Origin: Octopus sinensis
Taxonomy: Eukaryota
Direction of reading: 5' to 3'
Length of the DNA: 64,000 nucleotides
Assembly: GCF_006345805.1 (NCBI RefSeq)
Contig: NC_043010.1
Span: 7,254,001 to 7,318,000, forward strand
Shown here: piece after piece, positions 28,866 to 40,414 of the stretch
Layout: each line of letters starts with the position of its first letter
Numbering within the stretch: position 1 is the first letter of the stretch
The notes under the pieces: generated by a model
Told to the model about the DNA's origin: nothing
Databases searched by the model: none
Seen by the model: only the letters and a program-made list of their open reading frames with translations
Translations under genes and position numbers: made by a program

Positions 28866-29359
28866 AATCAATGGTGATTGCAATTGTGATCCCTGTGCCG
28901 GTGGCACGTAAGGGGCGCCATCTGAACGTGGCCAATGCCAGCACTGCCTAAACTGGCTTCTGTGCTGGTGGCACGTAAAATGCACCATCCGAATCATGGT
29001 CGATACCAGTGCCGCCTTGACTGGCTTCTGTGCCGGTGGCATGTAAGATGCACCATCCGAATCGTGGTCGATACCAGTGCCGCCTTGACTGGCTTCCATG
29101 CCAGTGGCATGTAAGATGCACCATCCGAATCATGGTCGATGCCAGTGTCGCGTGGCACCTCTGCCGGTGGCATGTAAAAAGCACCCACTACACTCACGGA
29201 GTGGTTGGCGTTAGGAAGGGCATCCAGCTGTAGAAACACTGCCAGATCAGACTGGAGCCTGGTGCAGCCTTCTGGCTTCCCAGATCCCCGGTCGAACCGT
29301 CCAACCCATGCTAGCATGGAGAACGGACGTTAAACGATGATGATGATGATGATGATGAT
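28866..29359 (+). mobile_element. SINE-like family D (RTE-type 3' end, (GAT)n tail) with internal 68-bp tandem array
   Basis: GGTTGGCGTTAGGAAGGGCATCCAGCTGTAGAAAC...CCAACCCATGCTAGCATGGA...(GAT)n; repeat units start at 28953, 29021 and 29089. Confidence 0.8.
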
Positions 29360-29415
29360 ATATATATAATCAAAATAAGCAACAAGTATATCCGAGGTAA
29401 AAAAATGCCTATATA

Positions 29416-29448
<33 letters not shown>

Positions 29449-29459
29449 ATTTGTATGTA

Positions 29460-29970
29460 TATCTTTTCTTTTATCTGTCACTTGTTTTAGTCATTAGACT
29501 GAGGCCATGCTGGGGCACCACCTTGAGTTTTTAGTTGAATGAATCGACCCAGTACTTTTTTTTTAAGTGTGGTATATATATTCTTTTATTATTTTACTTA
29601 TTTCACTCATTTGATTGCAGCCATGCTGGAGCACTGCCCTAAAGAGTTTTACTTGAAGAAATCAATGCCAGGACTTATTCTTTGTAAGCCCAGTACTTAT
29701 TCTATCGGCCTCTTTTACTGAACCACTGAGTTACGGGGGTCGTAAATACATCAACATCAGTTGTCAAGTGATTGTGGGGCCACAAGCTCAGACACAAAGA
29801 CCCACACACTATATGTGTTTGTGGGCTTCTTTCAGTTTCCATCTACCAAATCCACTCACAAAGTATTGGCTGGCCTTTGGCAATAGTGGATGATACTTGC
29901 TCAAGGTGCCGCACAGTGAGACTGAACCTGAAATATTGTGGTTACAAAGCACACACCCTTACTTGTGCCT
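29460..29970 (-). mobile_element. Old SINE A-related copies (one tail fragment plus one diverged full copy)
   Basis: Degenerate collinear match to family A. Confidence 0.75.
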
Positions 29971-30100
29971 ATATATATATATATATATAGTTTGGAAGTT
30001 TTAGAAAGTCTTTTGTTATGTAAGACTAAAGACTATGTGGAATTGGACAATGTTGCTTTTTCTCAATTCTGTTTGATTTTTGCTTTGTGCGCCTTTGGGA

Positions 30101-30137
<37 letters not shown>

Positions 30138-30783
30138 CATGTCAGCATTATTTTATTCTGTAATAAATTTCCATTAATATGGTATTACTGTTTTCCTAAT
30201 TTTGTAAAAATTAATATTAAAAACTAAATAGAATGTATGAATATAACTGTGTGCTTTTGATGTTAATATATTGAATATGTGTAAGATATCACAGTTTCAT
30301 ATCCTCTTTGAAATGCATGGATGTACAGGCTACTTCATATGGAAATGAGCATAAATGTATATAAGATGACATTGTTATAAGTCATGTTAACATCTGAAAA
30401 TATATCTTACATCTATTCTTCTTTTGTAGCTTCTTTTGTATTACATATTGAAACAACCATCCCACTTAAACCATTAGACTCTTTTGGAATATACAAAAAT
30501 CAGACATCAAACATTAATATATTTTAATTGCTTACAGCCAGAGTGACAATAACACTTTTTCTCAATTCTTTTCTGACATATGAAGAGCAAGCCTTTAGAC
30601 ATTAAGTTCTATATGCTTCATGGCAATTTGATTTATATAATTCTTCCATGAATTCCTACTAATTGTTGCTAGTAGATACCATTGGCAGTTGTCTAAGATT
30701 TTATATATTACTTTGTATTTATAAGTACTCATCAGTAAGTGAATATAAAAGAGAAATATTTAAGTTGCCTATACATAAATAAT

Positions 30784-31111
30784 CTGAGACCCCCTTCGGT
30801 CATGGGATTGCACCTAGAAAGTTACCCTCCCAGGCACAAGTCCAGGCAAGGTTGTTTATGTAAGACCAGCAGTCACCCTTGCATACCGGCCTCCCCTCTC
30901 CATGCCACCAGTGTTATCTAAGCAAAAGGCAAAGGCCGATACAGCTAGGCCCCTGTGACGTCACAACTCATTTCTACAGCTGAGTGAATTGGAGCAACGT
31001 GAAATAAAGTGTCTTGCTCAAGAACACAACACGCAGCCCGGTCCGGGATTTGAGCTCACAAACTCATGATCGTAAGCTCGACACTCTAACCACTGAGCCA
31101 TGTGCCTTCAC
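30784..31111 (-). mobile_element. SINE family E (tRNA head plus CORE-like domain)
   Basis: Minus strand GAAGGCACATGGCTCAGTGGTTAGAG...GAGCTCAAATCCC...TTGTGTTCTTGAGCAAGACACTTTATTTCAC...CAGCTGTAGAAATGAGT. Confidence 0.8.
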
Positions 31112-31166
31112 ACGTAAATAATATTGTTGTTGTCATCATTGTCATTATTGTCATTGGTGTCAACAT

Positions 31167-31370
31167 CGGCGAGTCGGCAGAAACGTTAGCACGCCAGTCG
31201 AAATGCTTAGCGGTATTTCGTCTACCACTACGTTCTGAGTTCAAATTCTGCCGAGGTCGACTTTGCCTTTCATCCTTTCGGGGTCGATAAATTAAGTACC
31301 AGTTATGCACTGGGGTCGATATTGTTTGTCCCTTCTGTGTTTAGCCCCTTGTGGGTAGTAAAGAAATAGG
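31167..31370 (+). mobile_element. SINE family B with small internal deletion
   Basis: Matches family B. Confidence 0.85.
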
Positions 31371-32711
31371 TATTTACACTGGAAGCATTGGTGCCACTGT
31401 AGGCCATGAATGGTTTTGACAACATTGTTATCATCATCATCATTGTCATTCACTTTCCTTACTGCCATGGGTTGGAGGGTTAAACAGGCTCCAACAGGTA
31501 AGAAAACTCCCTTTTCTCTCAATGTCTCAGTTTTGGCATGTTTTTTCTACGACTGAATGTCCTTCCTAATATCATTCACTTGCAAAGTGTACTGCATACC
31601 TTTATTTTCATGACTTGGTATTTGTAATTTGCAAGTCTAAAGGACCCCTTGACTGAGAAGGAGATGGTGTTATGTAAGGTGTTTAGAAATTAATAGGAAC
31701 AGCTTCATTCATGTGTGTATGTAAGTGAGTGTGTCTATGTATGTGAGTATGTGTATGTGTGCTTGTGCATATGACTATATAGATAATTATATATAAACAA
31801 TTTAAATATGAATGTACACACTTATCGGTGTAAGAAATAAAAAATAGATGTTAAGTAATATTTTGGTTTTAAATGTAAGCTTAACCGGAGATAGAATCTT
31901 GTAAATATTTACATTTCAACGAGCAAGGGAAATCTTTAAAGATTTCTCGTTTTTTTTAAGTTCTCCAAAATTTAAAATTTTGGATTAACTGGATATGGTT
32001 CCATAAACCAAATTCAGGTTGGGGTGGGCAGTAATAACATTTAAAAAAGCCTCAGTAGTGAAGAAATTTGAATTTAATTTGAAATTCTATAAAAACTGAA
32101 AACAAACTTTGAATTAATAAAAAAAAATTAGATTTTAATTTAATTTTTACATAAAAAAAATTTACTCTTTTTTTTGTAGTTTTGGATCCCAAAACATTCA
32201 TTTTATCAAATCAAAATTTCAAAGTATGCAGGAAAAAAGGCATCAGGAATCTGAATTAAAATTCTTGCTGTTTTCAATATATTATCACATTATTAATAGT
32301 AACACATGAAATTACAAGCCAAACTAAAGACAACTCCACATAAACCATTCTGTAGATGAAGAACTACAATATTTTACTCTAAACAAAATACTGGAATGAT
32401 GATGCATGTGGCATTTTTTTAGTGGGCATGAATCTAAGAAAGTTTTTAAAATATCTATTACCAAATTCTCACTCAAATCCTTAAGAAACATACTAATCTT
32501 TAAGAAAGAAATTCCTGAAAAAACTTCAAACCATATAGCACTTGATTATCTCAAAGACCACAAAAGGAGGTTTGATGTCACACATCTACTTACCTTTGCG
32601 GTCTTTTTGTACCTCTTTTACCAGAGATTTCTTCATATATGGCAATATTTGTGAGTTTCAACATACTGTGTTACGTGACAAAAACCACATCATATCCTAC
32701 AACTTAGCAAA

Positions 32712-33352
32712 GGATCTTCTATCGAAATGTTAAACGTCATAAGCAGTGGATTGGTGAAAGGAAAAAAGCTCAATCACAACCGAGAAGGGAATTTCATAGG
32801 AAAAAGAATTCTTCTCTCTATCTGGTGGGATTGCAAAAAAGTAACTCACTTTGAATTGTTACCACCTAATGCAACAATCAATGCTCAAGTCTACTGCCAG
32901 CAATTAGAGCATTTGAACCAAGCTTTGAAAATAAAAAGACCTGCTTTAGTGAATCGAAAAGGAGTGATGTTTCATCAGGACAATGCACGACCCCACACTG
33001 CAAAGATCACATCACAGAAGATCAAAGAGCTTGGTTGGGAAAAATCTCCCCATCCACCTTATTCGCCCGACCTTGCTCCTTCAGAGTACCCTTTGTTTCG
33101 TAGTTTACGGAATTATTTGGGGGACATAACTTTCGCAAGCCAGGAGAAGTTCAAAACTGACATTTCAGAGTTCTTCACTTTGAAACCGAAAGAGTTTTAC
33201 ATTGATGAGATTTAAAAGCTTGTAAATAGATGGAAGGAAGTCATAGATAATCAGGGAAAGTACATTAATGATTAAATTTCAATTAAATATAACATTTGAT
33301 CACTTGTTTTCTGTATTCAAAATTCGGACAGAACTTATGGGAAGACCTGATA
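32712..33352 (+). mobile_element. Mariner (DD34D) transposon, 5'-truncated transposase pseudogene with right TIR
   Basis: IFYRNVKRHKQW, then a frameshift, then LLSIWWD...FHQDNARPH...HPPYSPDLAPSEY (third catalytic D changed to E), premature stop at 33215; right end CGGACAGAACTTATGGGAAGACCTGA-TA. Confidence 0.92.
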
Positions 33353-33376
33353 AATATATAAATATATGTACACATA

Positions 33377-33486
33377 CATCATCTTCATCATCATCATCGT
33401 TTAACGTCCGCTTTTCATGCTAGCATGGGTTGGACGGTTTGACCGGGGTCTGGGAAGCCAGGAGGCTGCACCAGGCTCCAGTCTGA
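33377..33486 (-). mobile_element. Family D 3' fragment
   Basis: (CAT)n CGTTTAACGTCCGC...CATGCTAGCATGGGTTGG. Confidence 0.8.
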
Positions 33487-34242
33487 CACACTCACACACA
33501 TATATGTATGTATATACAATAGGCTTCTTTCACGTTCTGACTGCCAAAAACCATTCACAAGGCTTTTGGTTGGCCTGTGGCTATAGTTAAAAACAGTGAC
33601 ACACAATGGGACTGAACCTGAAACTCTGCTGTTGGGAAGCAAACTTTTGAACCACTCAGCTATGCTTGCTATAAATAGTAAAAAAAAAGTAAAACTGGAA
33701 AAATTGGAGTAAAATTCTATAGAAAACTATTGGCAGAACAACGAAAATAAACTATTCCTTAGCAAATAACAGATGATCATTGCAGGTAGTAATTATTGTC
33801 CTTAAGTGGAGTGGATTGGCCAAATCATAAGGGTTTCAGACAAAATGCCTCGCAATATTTGCTTTGTCTCTTTACATCCTAAATTCAAATCTCACAGACA
33901 TCAGCTTTGCCTTTCATCCTTTTGGGGTCATAAAATAATGTAGCAATCAAGTATTGAATCGCATGGCATCAGTTAACCCCACTTCCCTAAAATTGCTGGT
34001 CTTGTGGATGAATTAGAATTAGGTAGTGTCCTAAGTAGTGGGCAAACACTAGGGTCCACATAATGAATTGTACTATACCACTCCCTGTTGAGGCATTGTG
34101 TTTGCTTACCTAGAAATCAATTAGCACTTACAGATAAGCTCAATACTTTTGGCAGAATAAAAAATTTTAATAGCAATAATAAATCTCTGAACGAGATGTA
34201 AACAGTAACTGCTCGACAACGTAAAGTATACTAGCCATCTCA

Positions 34243-34511
34243 ATATGGCTAACCACTAAGGATGGGTGTTACTGTAGCTTTTAGCCCCAGGAGATCATCG
34301 TCTCCAGCTGGCTTTAGGCACACTTTCTGTGCTCTTATGATATTTGCAAAGGGAGGTCATCCCTCTCTCGTTTTACGGTTTACGAGAGAGGGATGGCTTC
34401 CCTTTGCAAATATCATAAGAGCACAGAATGAGTGCCTAAAGCCAGCTGGAGATGATGATCTCCTGGGGCTAAAAAGCTACAGTAACACCCACCCTTAGTG
34501 GTTAGCCATAT
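34243..34511. repeat. Near-perfect inverted repeat (about 129-bp arms, 10-nt loop)
   Basis: ATATGGCTAACCACTAAG...CCCTCTCTCGT / ACGAGAGAGGG...CTTAGTGGTTAGCCATAT. Confidence 0.95.
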
Positions 34512-35097
34512 GGAAAATTTTAAAAGATTGCTTATTATCCTGTTTGGTAATGAGTATTCTAGATTAATATTTTAGAAACTATATGTAATTTTTTTTTTTT
34601 TTTGTCAATATTGTTTTATATCAGATTCAAAATAAATTTACAAGTATGGAAGCCAACAATTTAATAAATATTTTTGAAATTGTGTAATGAAATGTCAGAC
34701 CTTTTGTAATAGGAAAATGATACAAAGAAGTCTCTCACTTGATTCTTCTTTATTTCCTTTCAGACAAGAATATGCTTTCAAATTATTTTCTAGGGTCTCA
34801 AATCTTTCAGTCAAACTTTGATATCGTATCCTATCATCAAATTTATATAATTTTCTCTTTCATGCCATCTGTGCGTCTTTCTTTATACATGAGAAAACTA
34901 AATATAAATATGAGAATTAATAATATGGAACTGACAGCATAATTACCACATGATACCATACAAATGCTTTTGTTTTTTGTTTTTAATTTCAAACCTGATA
35001 TGTTGTTTGGTTTTTGTAAATATTAAATAAAATAAAATGTCAAATACTGTATACCACCATCAGTAACATACTACTACTACTACTAATAATAATAATG

Positions 35098-35129
<32 letters not shown>

Positions 35130-35134
35130 TAATA

Positions 35135-35172
<38 letters not shown>

Positions 35173-35496
35173 TTAATAATGAAAATAATAATAGTAATAA
35201 TTCAACTGCAACAACAACAATGACATTTAGTCAACATCACCAAACGACCAATCACTACAAATAAAAACAATAACAATAATAATTACAAAAGCAATTCACA
35301 AAATATTTACATTAAAATAATGAAAACTCTCAACTATGTTAACACTAAACTAATTCATAAATTAATTTACAGGAAGCAGTAAATTAATATAGTCTTTTTT
35401 TTTGCTTTAGAAAATGCAAACTATTTTATGAAATTTATTTCTTTAACTTGGAAAGCAATTATCTTTTCATATTCAAAAGTAATTTTTCTTTGTAGA

Positions 35497-37941
35497 TTAT
35501 TCCTTTAAAGAAGTTACCATAGTTGAATGAAGTAAGAATATTAAATAACTTACAGGAAGACTTCTTTCTCGGTTGGGCTGACAATATATTTCAGAGGGCA
35601 AAGAGCCCCGATTCTTGCTAAAAGATGTTGCCACGGGGACGGGGACATCATACTGAAGTGTCATTTGTTCACTATCATATCCAGGCTGTCTACTGGCACT
35701 CATACTTTTGTTAGCAGTATTTACGTTTGCTCTGTAATTTGTATTTCTCTGGTGGTTTCTCCGTACAATACACACTGTTATCGACACTACTGTGGCTACT
35801 GATACTATCACAGCTGCCAATAATATAATTATTACAAGATTAATGTGGATTTTATCATCTGATTTGGTATCTGGTAGAGTTAACATTTTAGATGTCTTAT
35901 TACTAACTGTAAGCGTCAAGGATAAAGTAGTTACTGTTGATAAAACTGGGATACCACTATCCTTGACTATGAATTTCAAATCATATGATCCAGCATCATT
36001 TTGGTAAACTGTTCGAGAGAATGACAATACACCCGTGTAAGGATTAATGGTAAATAACTGCTTATCGTTACCACCTAAAATTTCATATCTAAGAAAAGCA
36101 TTCACATGACTGTCCCTGTCTGAGGCTCTCAAAACAGTAATATCTTTTTTACTCTGTGGATGGTAATAAATATCCAAGCTAAAAGGGTTAACACTAGGAA
36201 ATATAAAATAAGGGGCATTGTCATTTTTGTCCATGACTTCAATGATGACATTGGCTGTGTTGTTTAATGATGGTATTCCATTGTCTTTAACAAAAACTCT
36301 GAATTTGTATATATCTTGTTGTTCTCGGTCTAAGGATTTTGTAGTTAAAATGAAACCAAAGTTAGAAATTTCAAAAGGAAGTGTATATCTTTGAGTCAAT
36401 AGAGAATAAGTTAACTGTCCACCTGGTCCAAGATCAGGATCTATGGTATTAATCAAGCCAACAGGAAAATATGGTTTTTCGTTCTCATAGGTCAGGAACT
36501 TGAAAGAATCTTTGGAAAATTTTGGCTGTACATCATTGACATCCATCACCTGAATAGAGAATCTCCTTTGAGTTTTTAAAGGTGGTGATCCTTTGTCTTC
36601 GCATGTAATGGTAAAATCAGTTTGATTTTCAGTTTCCCGGTCAACAGAATTTTTAACAACTACTTTGTATTTTTTTTGGCCGAAGCTTTGAAGCTGAAGC
36701 TTTTCATGTTGTAGGTCACAACTTACATGACCATTCTGGCCAGTGTCATTATCAATAACTTTGACAAATGCAATAAAGCTACCAACTTCTGCTCTCTCTG
36801 ATATTGTGACTGTATTTCCCGTTGATTCAGTAACAAATTTTATATCTACTTCTGGTGCATTATTCTGCTGATTGATGACATTAACTCGAACCATAACTAT
36901 ACTACTCAAAGGAGGAAAACCTCCATCTTTAGCTTCAATGAACAGTTTATAGGTAACTCTTTTGCCACTTGTAGATTTACCATGAAAGAAAATCTCTCCA
37001 GTTGATTCATCTAAATCAAAATGTGATTTGGTTAAATCTGTTGTTTTGCTACTGAAATGATAGGAAATTTTACCATTGTTGTCTGTGTCTAAGTCTGTTG
37101 CTGTCAGAACGATGACAGATTCCCCTCTGTGGTATCCATTGTTTATTGTAATATTGTAAATGTTCTGAGAGAAAATGGGAGGGTTGTCATTTATATCAGT
37201 GACAGATATATGCACAGTTAAAATTCCTTGTAGAGAAGGCATTCCGCCATCTTTTGCAATAACCCGAATTACGTAATTGTCTTTTATTTCCCTATCAATT
37301 TCTTTTTCTAAAATAATTTGTAGGTTGTTAGAGCCATCAACTCTTTTATAAACAGCAAGTTCAAAGGGCTCGTTTTCTTTTTTCTCTAGATGGTATATAA
37401 TTTTAGAATTAAATATACCAACATCGCGATCAATTGCATTTGCAATTGATCGCTTACTTCCCTTTTTATCACCCTCAGAAAACTCGAGGTTAATTTCATC
37501 TGTAGGAAATTTTGGAGAATTGTCATTGATATCTTTGATGATAACTTTAATTTCTAATATCTTGATAAAGGATTCCCTTTTCTGAACAGCAATATCCACC
37601 ATCTCAAAACACTCAGTATTGTATTTACAAAAAGATTCAGCATCCAGTGTTTGAGCAGTGTAGAGTTTACCAGTTTTGGTAACATTAAACAACTGGCGTT
37701 TATCCGTAACATGTTGTTGCAGTTGATTAAATTTGATTAAATAGTGGTCTTTTATAGGGATACTGTTCATTAAATGCGTATCGCTTCTGATATCACCCAA
37801 GTAAAATCCAGGATCTTTACCTTCTTCAACGTAATATGTAAAGTCAATACATTCACAGACATGGAGAAAAAATATGTGTACTAGTGCTTGTACAAACATG
37901 TTTTTCACAAATATTTCCAGTATGTATGGATGATAAGTCAT
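35497..37941 (-). CDS. Pcdh: Protocadherin (cephalopod type), large exon encoding signal peptide, 6 cadherin repeats, TM helix and proximal cytoplasmic tail. The exon probably ends at 35554 and the likely start is Met15 at 37899.
   Basis: 814-aa ORF with cadherin motifs DINDNSPKF, AIDRD, IDRE, DINDNPPIF, ATDLD, VDRE, DVNDVQPKF, LDRE, DKNDNAPYF, ASDRD; EC1 has DAESFCKYNTEC; TM helix LVIIILLAAVIVSVATVVSITVCIV. Phase-0 donor CCT|GTAAGT at 35553-35548 and acceptor TTTTCCAG ending at 37980. Confidence 0.95.
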   Translation of the reverse strand: MTYHPYILEIFVKNMFVQALVHIFFLHVCECIDFTYYVEEGKDPGFYLGDIRSDTHLMNSIPIKDHYLIKFNQLQQHVTDKRQLFNVTKTGKLYTAQTLDAESFCKYNTECFEMVDIAVQKRESFIKILEIKVIIKDINDNSPKFPTDEINLEFSEGDKKGSKRSIANAIDRDVGIFNSKIIYHLEKKENEPFELAVYKRVDGSNNLQIILEKEIDREIKDNYVIRVIAKDGGMPSLQGILTVHISVTDINDNPPIFSQNIYNITINNGYHRGESVIVLTATDLDTDNNGKISYHFSSKTTDLTKSHFDLDESTGEIFFHGKSTSGKRVTYKLFIEAKDGGFPPLSSIVMVRVNVINQQNNAPEVDIKFVTESTGNTVTISERAEVGSFIAFVKVIDNDTGQNGHVSCDLQHEKLQLQSFGQKKYKVVVKNSVDRETENQTDFTITCEDKGSPPLKTQRRFSIQVMDVNDVQPKFSKDSFKFLTYENEKPYFPVGLINTIDPDLGPGGQLTYSLLTQRYTLPFEISNFGFILTTKSLDREQQDIYKFRVFVKDNGIPSLNNTANVIIEVMDKNDNAPYFIFPSVNPFSLDIYYHPQSKKDITVLRASDRDSHVNAFLRYEILGGNDKQLFTINPYTGVLSFSRTVYQNDAGSYDLKFIVKDSGIPVLSTVTTLSLTLTVSNKTSKMLTLPDTKSDDKIHINLVIIILLAAVIVSVATVVSITVCIVRRNHQRNTNYRANVNTANKSMSASRQPGYDSEQMTLQYDVPVPVATSFSKNRGSLPSEIYCQPNRERSLPVSYLIFLLHSTMVTSLKE

Positions 37942-38620
37942 ATCTTAGTGCAAAATAGTTATCAAACCATTCGTAAATTCTGGAAAAGAATAAAATAAAG
38001 ATAATATAATATACTGTGGCAATTGGTAATACACAATTCCTGCAAAGCAATTTTGTTTGTCCTTTATAATTTTATTTGAAACATGTATAGTTAGATAAAT
38101 TCTCATTAAAAACTGCATCAAATCCCAAATGTATAAATTATAGAAAAACATATTTTATGTTCATAACATCTTAAATTATTAGTTTTATATCTATAATGTA
38201 TAAATTATCTGTTTCAGTATTTATGTGAGTAAAAAAAAAAAATCAAGAGATACATTTCTGGTCTTCCTAGGCAGCAGGATAATGACATTAATATGTGAAT
38301 GACCAAAGTATATTATTATTAAAAAAAAAATACATTCCCATCAACTGTAACAAAGATAATCGTATTTCTATTTTCATGTCATTAATATTTGTTTGACCAT
38401 TCTAGCATGAACACGACAGGTGTACATCGCTTCAGTTGGCATCATATAAAAATTCTATAGAAATTTTGAACATATTTCTATGATGTTATCCTGAAGTAAA
38501 CTAAATCTATTGTTCAAGTGTGTGTATAGTGTTGTCTGCATGTGTCTGCTTATGTGTGTATGTGTGTGGGGGTATGTCGGTGAGGAGAGAGAGAAAGAGA
38601 GAGAGCACATCTCTCACATA

Positions 38621-38666
<46 letters not shown>

Positions 38667-39517
38667 GTAAGTATTTAGAGAGAGAGATAGAGAGAGATAG
38701 AGAAATAGACATATGTATTTGTGTGTGTATGTGTGAGTGTGCGAATACACATACATATATATATATATGTATGTATATAAGTACGTATTTCTAAATAAAT
38801 AAACAGATAGACATATGTGTCCATTTGCTACAATAATATATACTCATATATGCACACATTCATACATATGCCCATGTATACATGCATAAACACACATACA
38901 CACACACATTCGCACACATATACATTACTGGTAGTGATCAGAAAAAAGACTACTCAATACCAGTGTTAGAGCATAAAACATATTCATATATATATAGTGT
39001 GCTAGAAATTCATTATGGAAATATACAAGGCTTTCACAATCTTCAGCCGGTAAATTCTGAGGAAATCTAAGAGGGAGGATGGGGTAGTAATATTTTGAAA
39101 ATGAACAGCAAAAATCTTATGCAGACACGATATATGAACCTCATCTTCATATCGCTTAGTGAGAGATAGGGCTCAGAGTGTGATGAACATTAGAATAATC
39201 TCACTTTATCAATATTAAACCATAATAACAAGTTTAATATATCTGTTTAGTGTGTGAGCTTTCCAAATATGCGTACTACACTGTCTGCATTCTTACATTT
39301 AGCCAGAATTTATTTCAGAGACCAAGAAATGAAACTTAGTCCTGTGTCTGTGTAACACTTTTGGCACCGATATGAATTCTGGCTGATCATAAATAGCTAC
39401 ATACATACATACACACATATGTACATACATAATAAATTATATATTCTAATGACATATTATAATTGCATATTTTATCAGTGACTATATACATAAACTCACA
39501 CACTTATATACACACAA

Positions 39518-39608
<91 letters not shown>

Positions 39609-39614
39609 TATATA

Positions 39615-39937
39615 CATCATCATCATCATTATCATCGTTTAACGTCTATTTTCCATGCTACCATGGGTTGGATGGTTCGACCAGGGTCTAGGAAGCCAGG
39701 AGGCTGCACCAGGCTCCAGTCTGATCTGGCAGTGTTTCTACAGCTGGATGCCCTTCCTAATGCCAACCACTCTGTGAGTGTAGTGGGTGCCTTTAATATG
39801 CCACCGGCACAGGGGCCAGAGGAGTCTGGCAAACGGCCATGATTGGTTGGTGCTTTTACGTGTCACAACACGGATGCCAGTCAGGCAGTGCTGGCATCTG
39901 CCACGTTCGGATGGTGCGTTTTACATGTCACCGGCAC
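39615..39937 (-). mobile_element. Family D with three core repeats
   Basis: Same 3' part as the 28866 copy; repeated GGTGC..TTTA.(A/G)TG(C/T)CAC core. Confidence 0.8.
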
Positions 39938-40080
39938 GTGTGTAAATATATATCTTTCTCTATGCATGCTGCATATATTTATGCATGTTGCATGTGTGTG
40001 CATATATTATCAGTGTGGATAATGGTGTGCAGTGTGGGTGCTGAGAAGTGTTTGGTACTAGTGTGCATACCTATATATAT

Positions 40081-40414
40081 ATACTGTTGTGTCTGGGGAG
40101 AGTAATTTTTTTTTGGTGGGGGGGCCTTATAATTTAACATACTCACTAGTAAAATTTCCACTTATTTTTTATTATATTTTCCTAAAATTTTCGTTGTGCC
40201 TTGCAACCTTTTCAATAGTCTTGGCTCTTTGAAAAGGTTGCAAGACACAACGAAAATTTTAGGAAAATAAAAAATAGAAATAAGTGGAAATTTTACCTGT
40301 GGGTGTGTTAAATCATAAGGCACAAAAACAAAATGACTCTCCTCAGACACAACAGAATATGCTTCAACACACGAATTCACATAAAGAATCTTGCAAACCA
40401 AATCCCAAAACGAA
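40081..40414. repeat. Palindromic element (about 135-bp arms plus tail), homologue of 18471-18714
   Basis: Mirror arms centred near 40220; shared tail GCTTCAA.ACACGAA...ATAAAGAATCT. Confidence 0.85.

Noticed and set aside
28886-29190. CRISPR-like repeat-spacer appearance
   Set aside because: Eukaryotic context, no cas genes, linkers homologous or identical, and embedded in a retroposon with a (GAT)n tail.
32727-33215. Functional transposase or SETMAR-like gene
   Set aside because: 5'-truncated, frameshifted, third catalytic Asp changed to Glu, premature stop.
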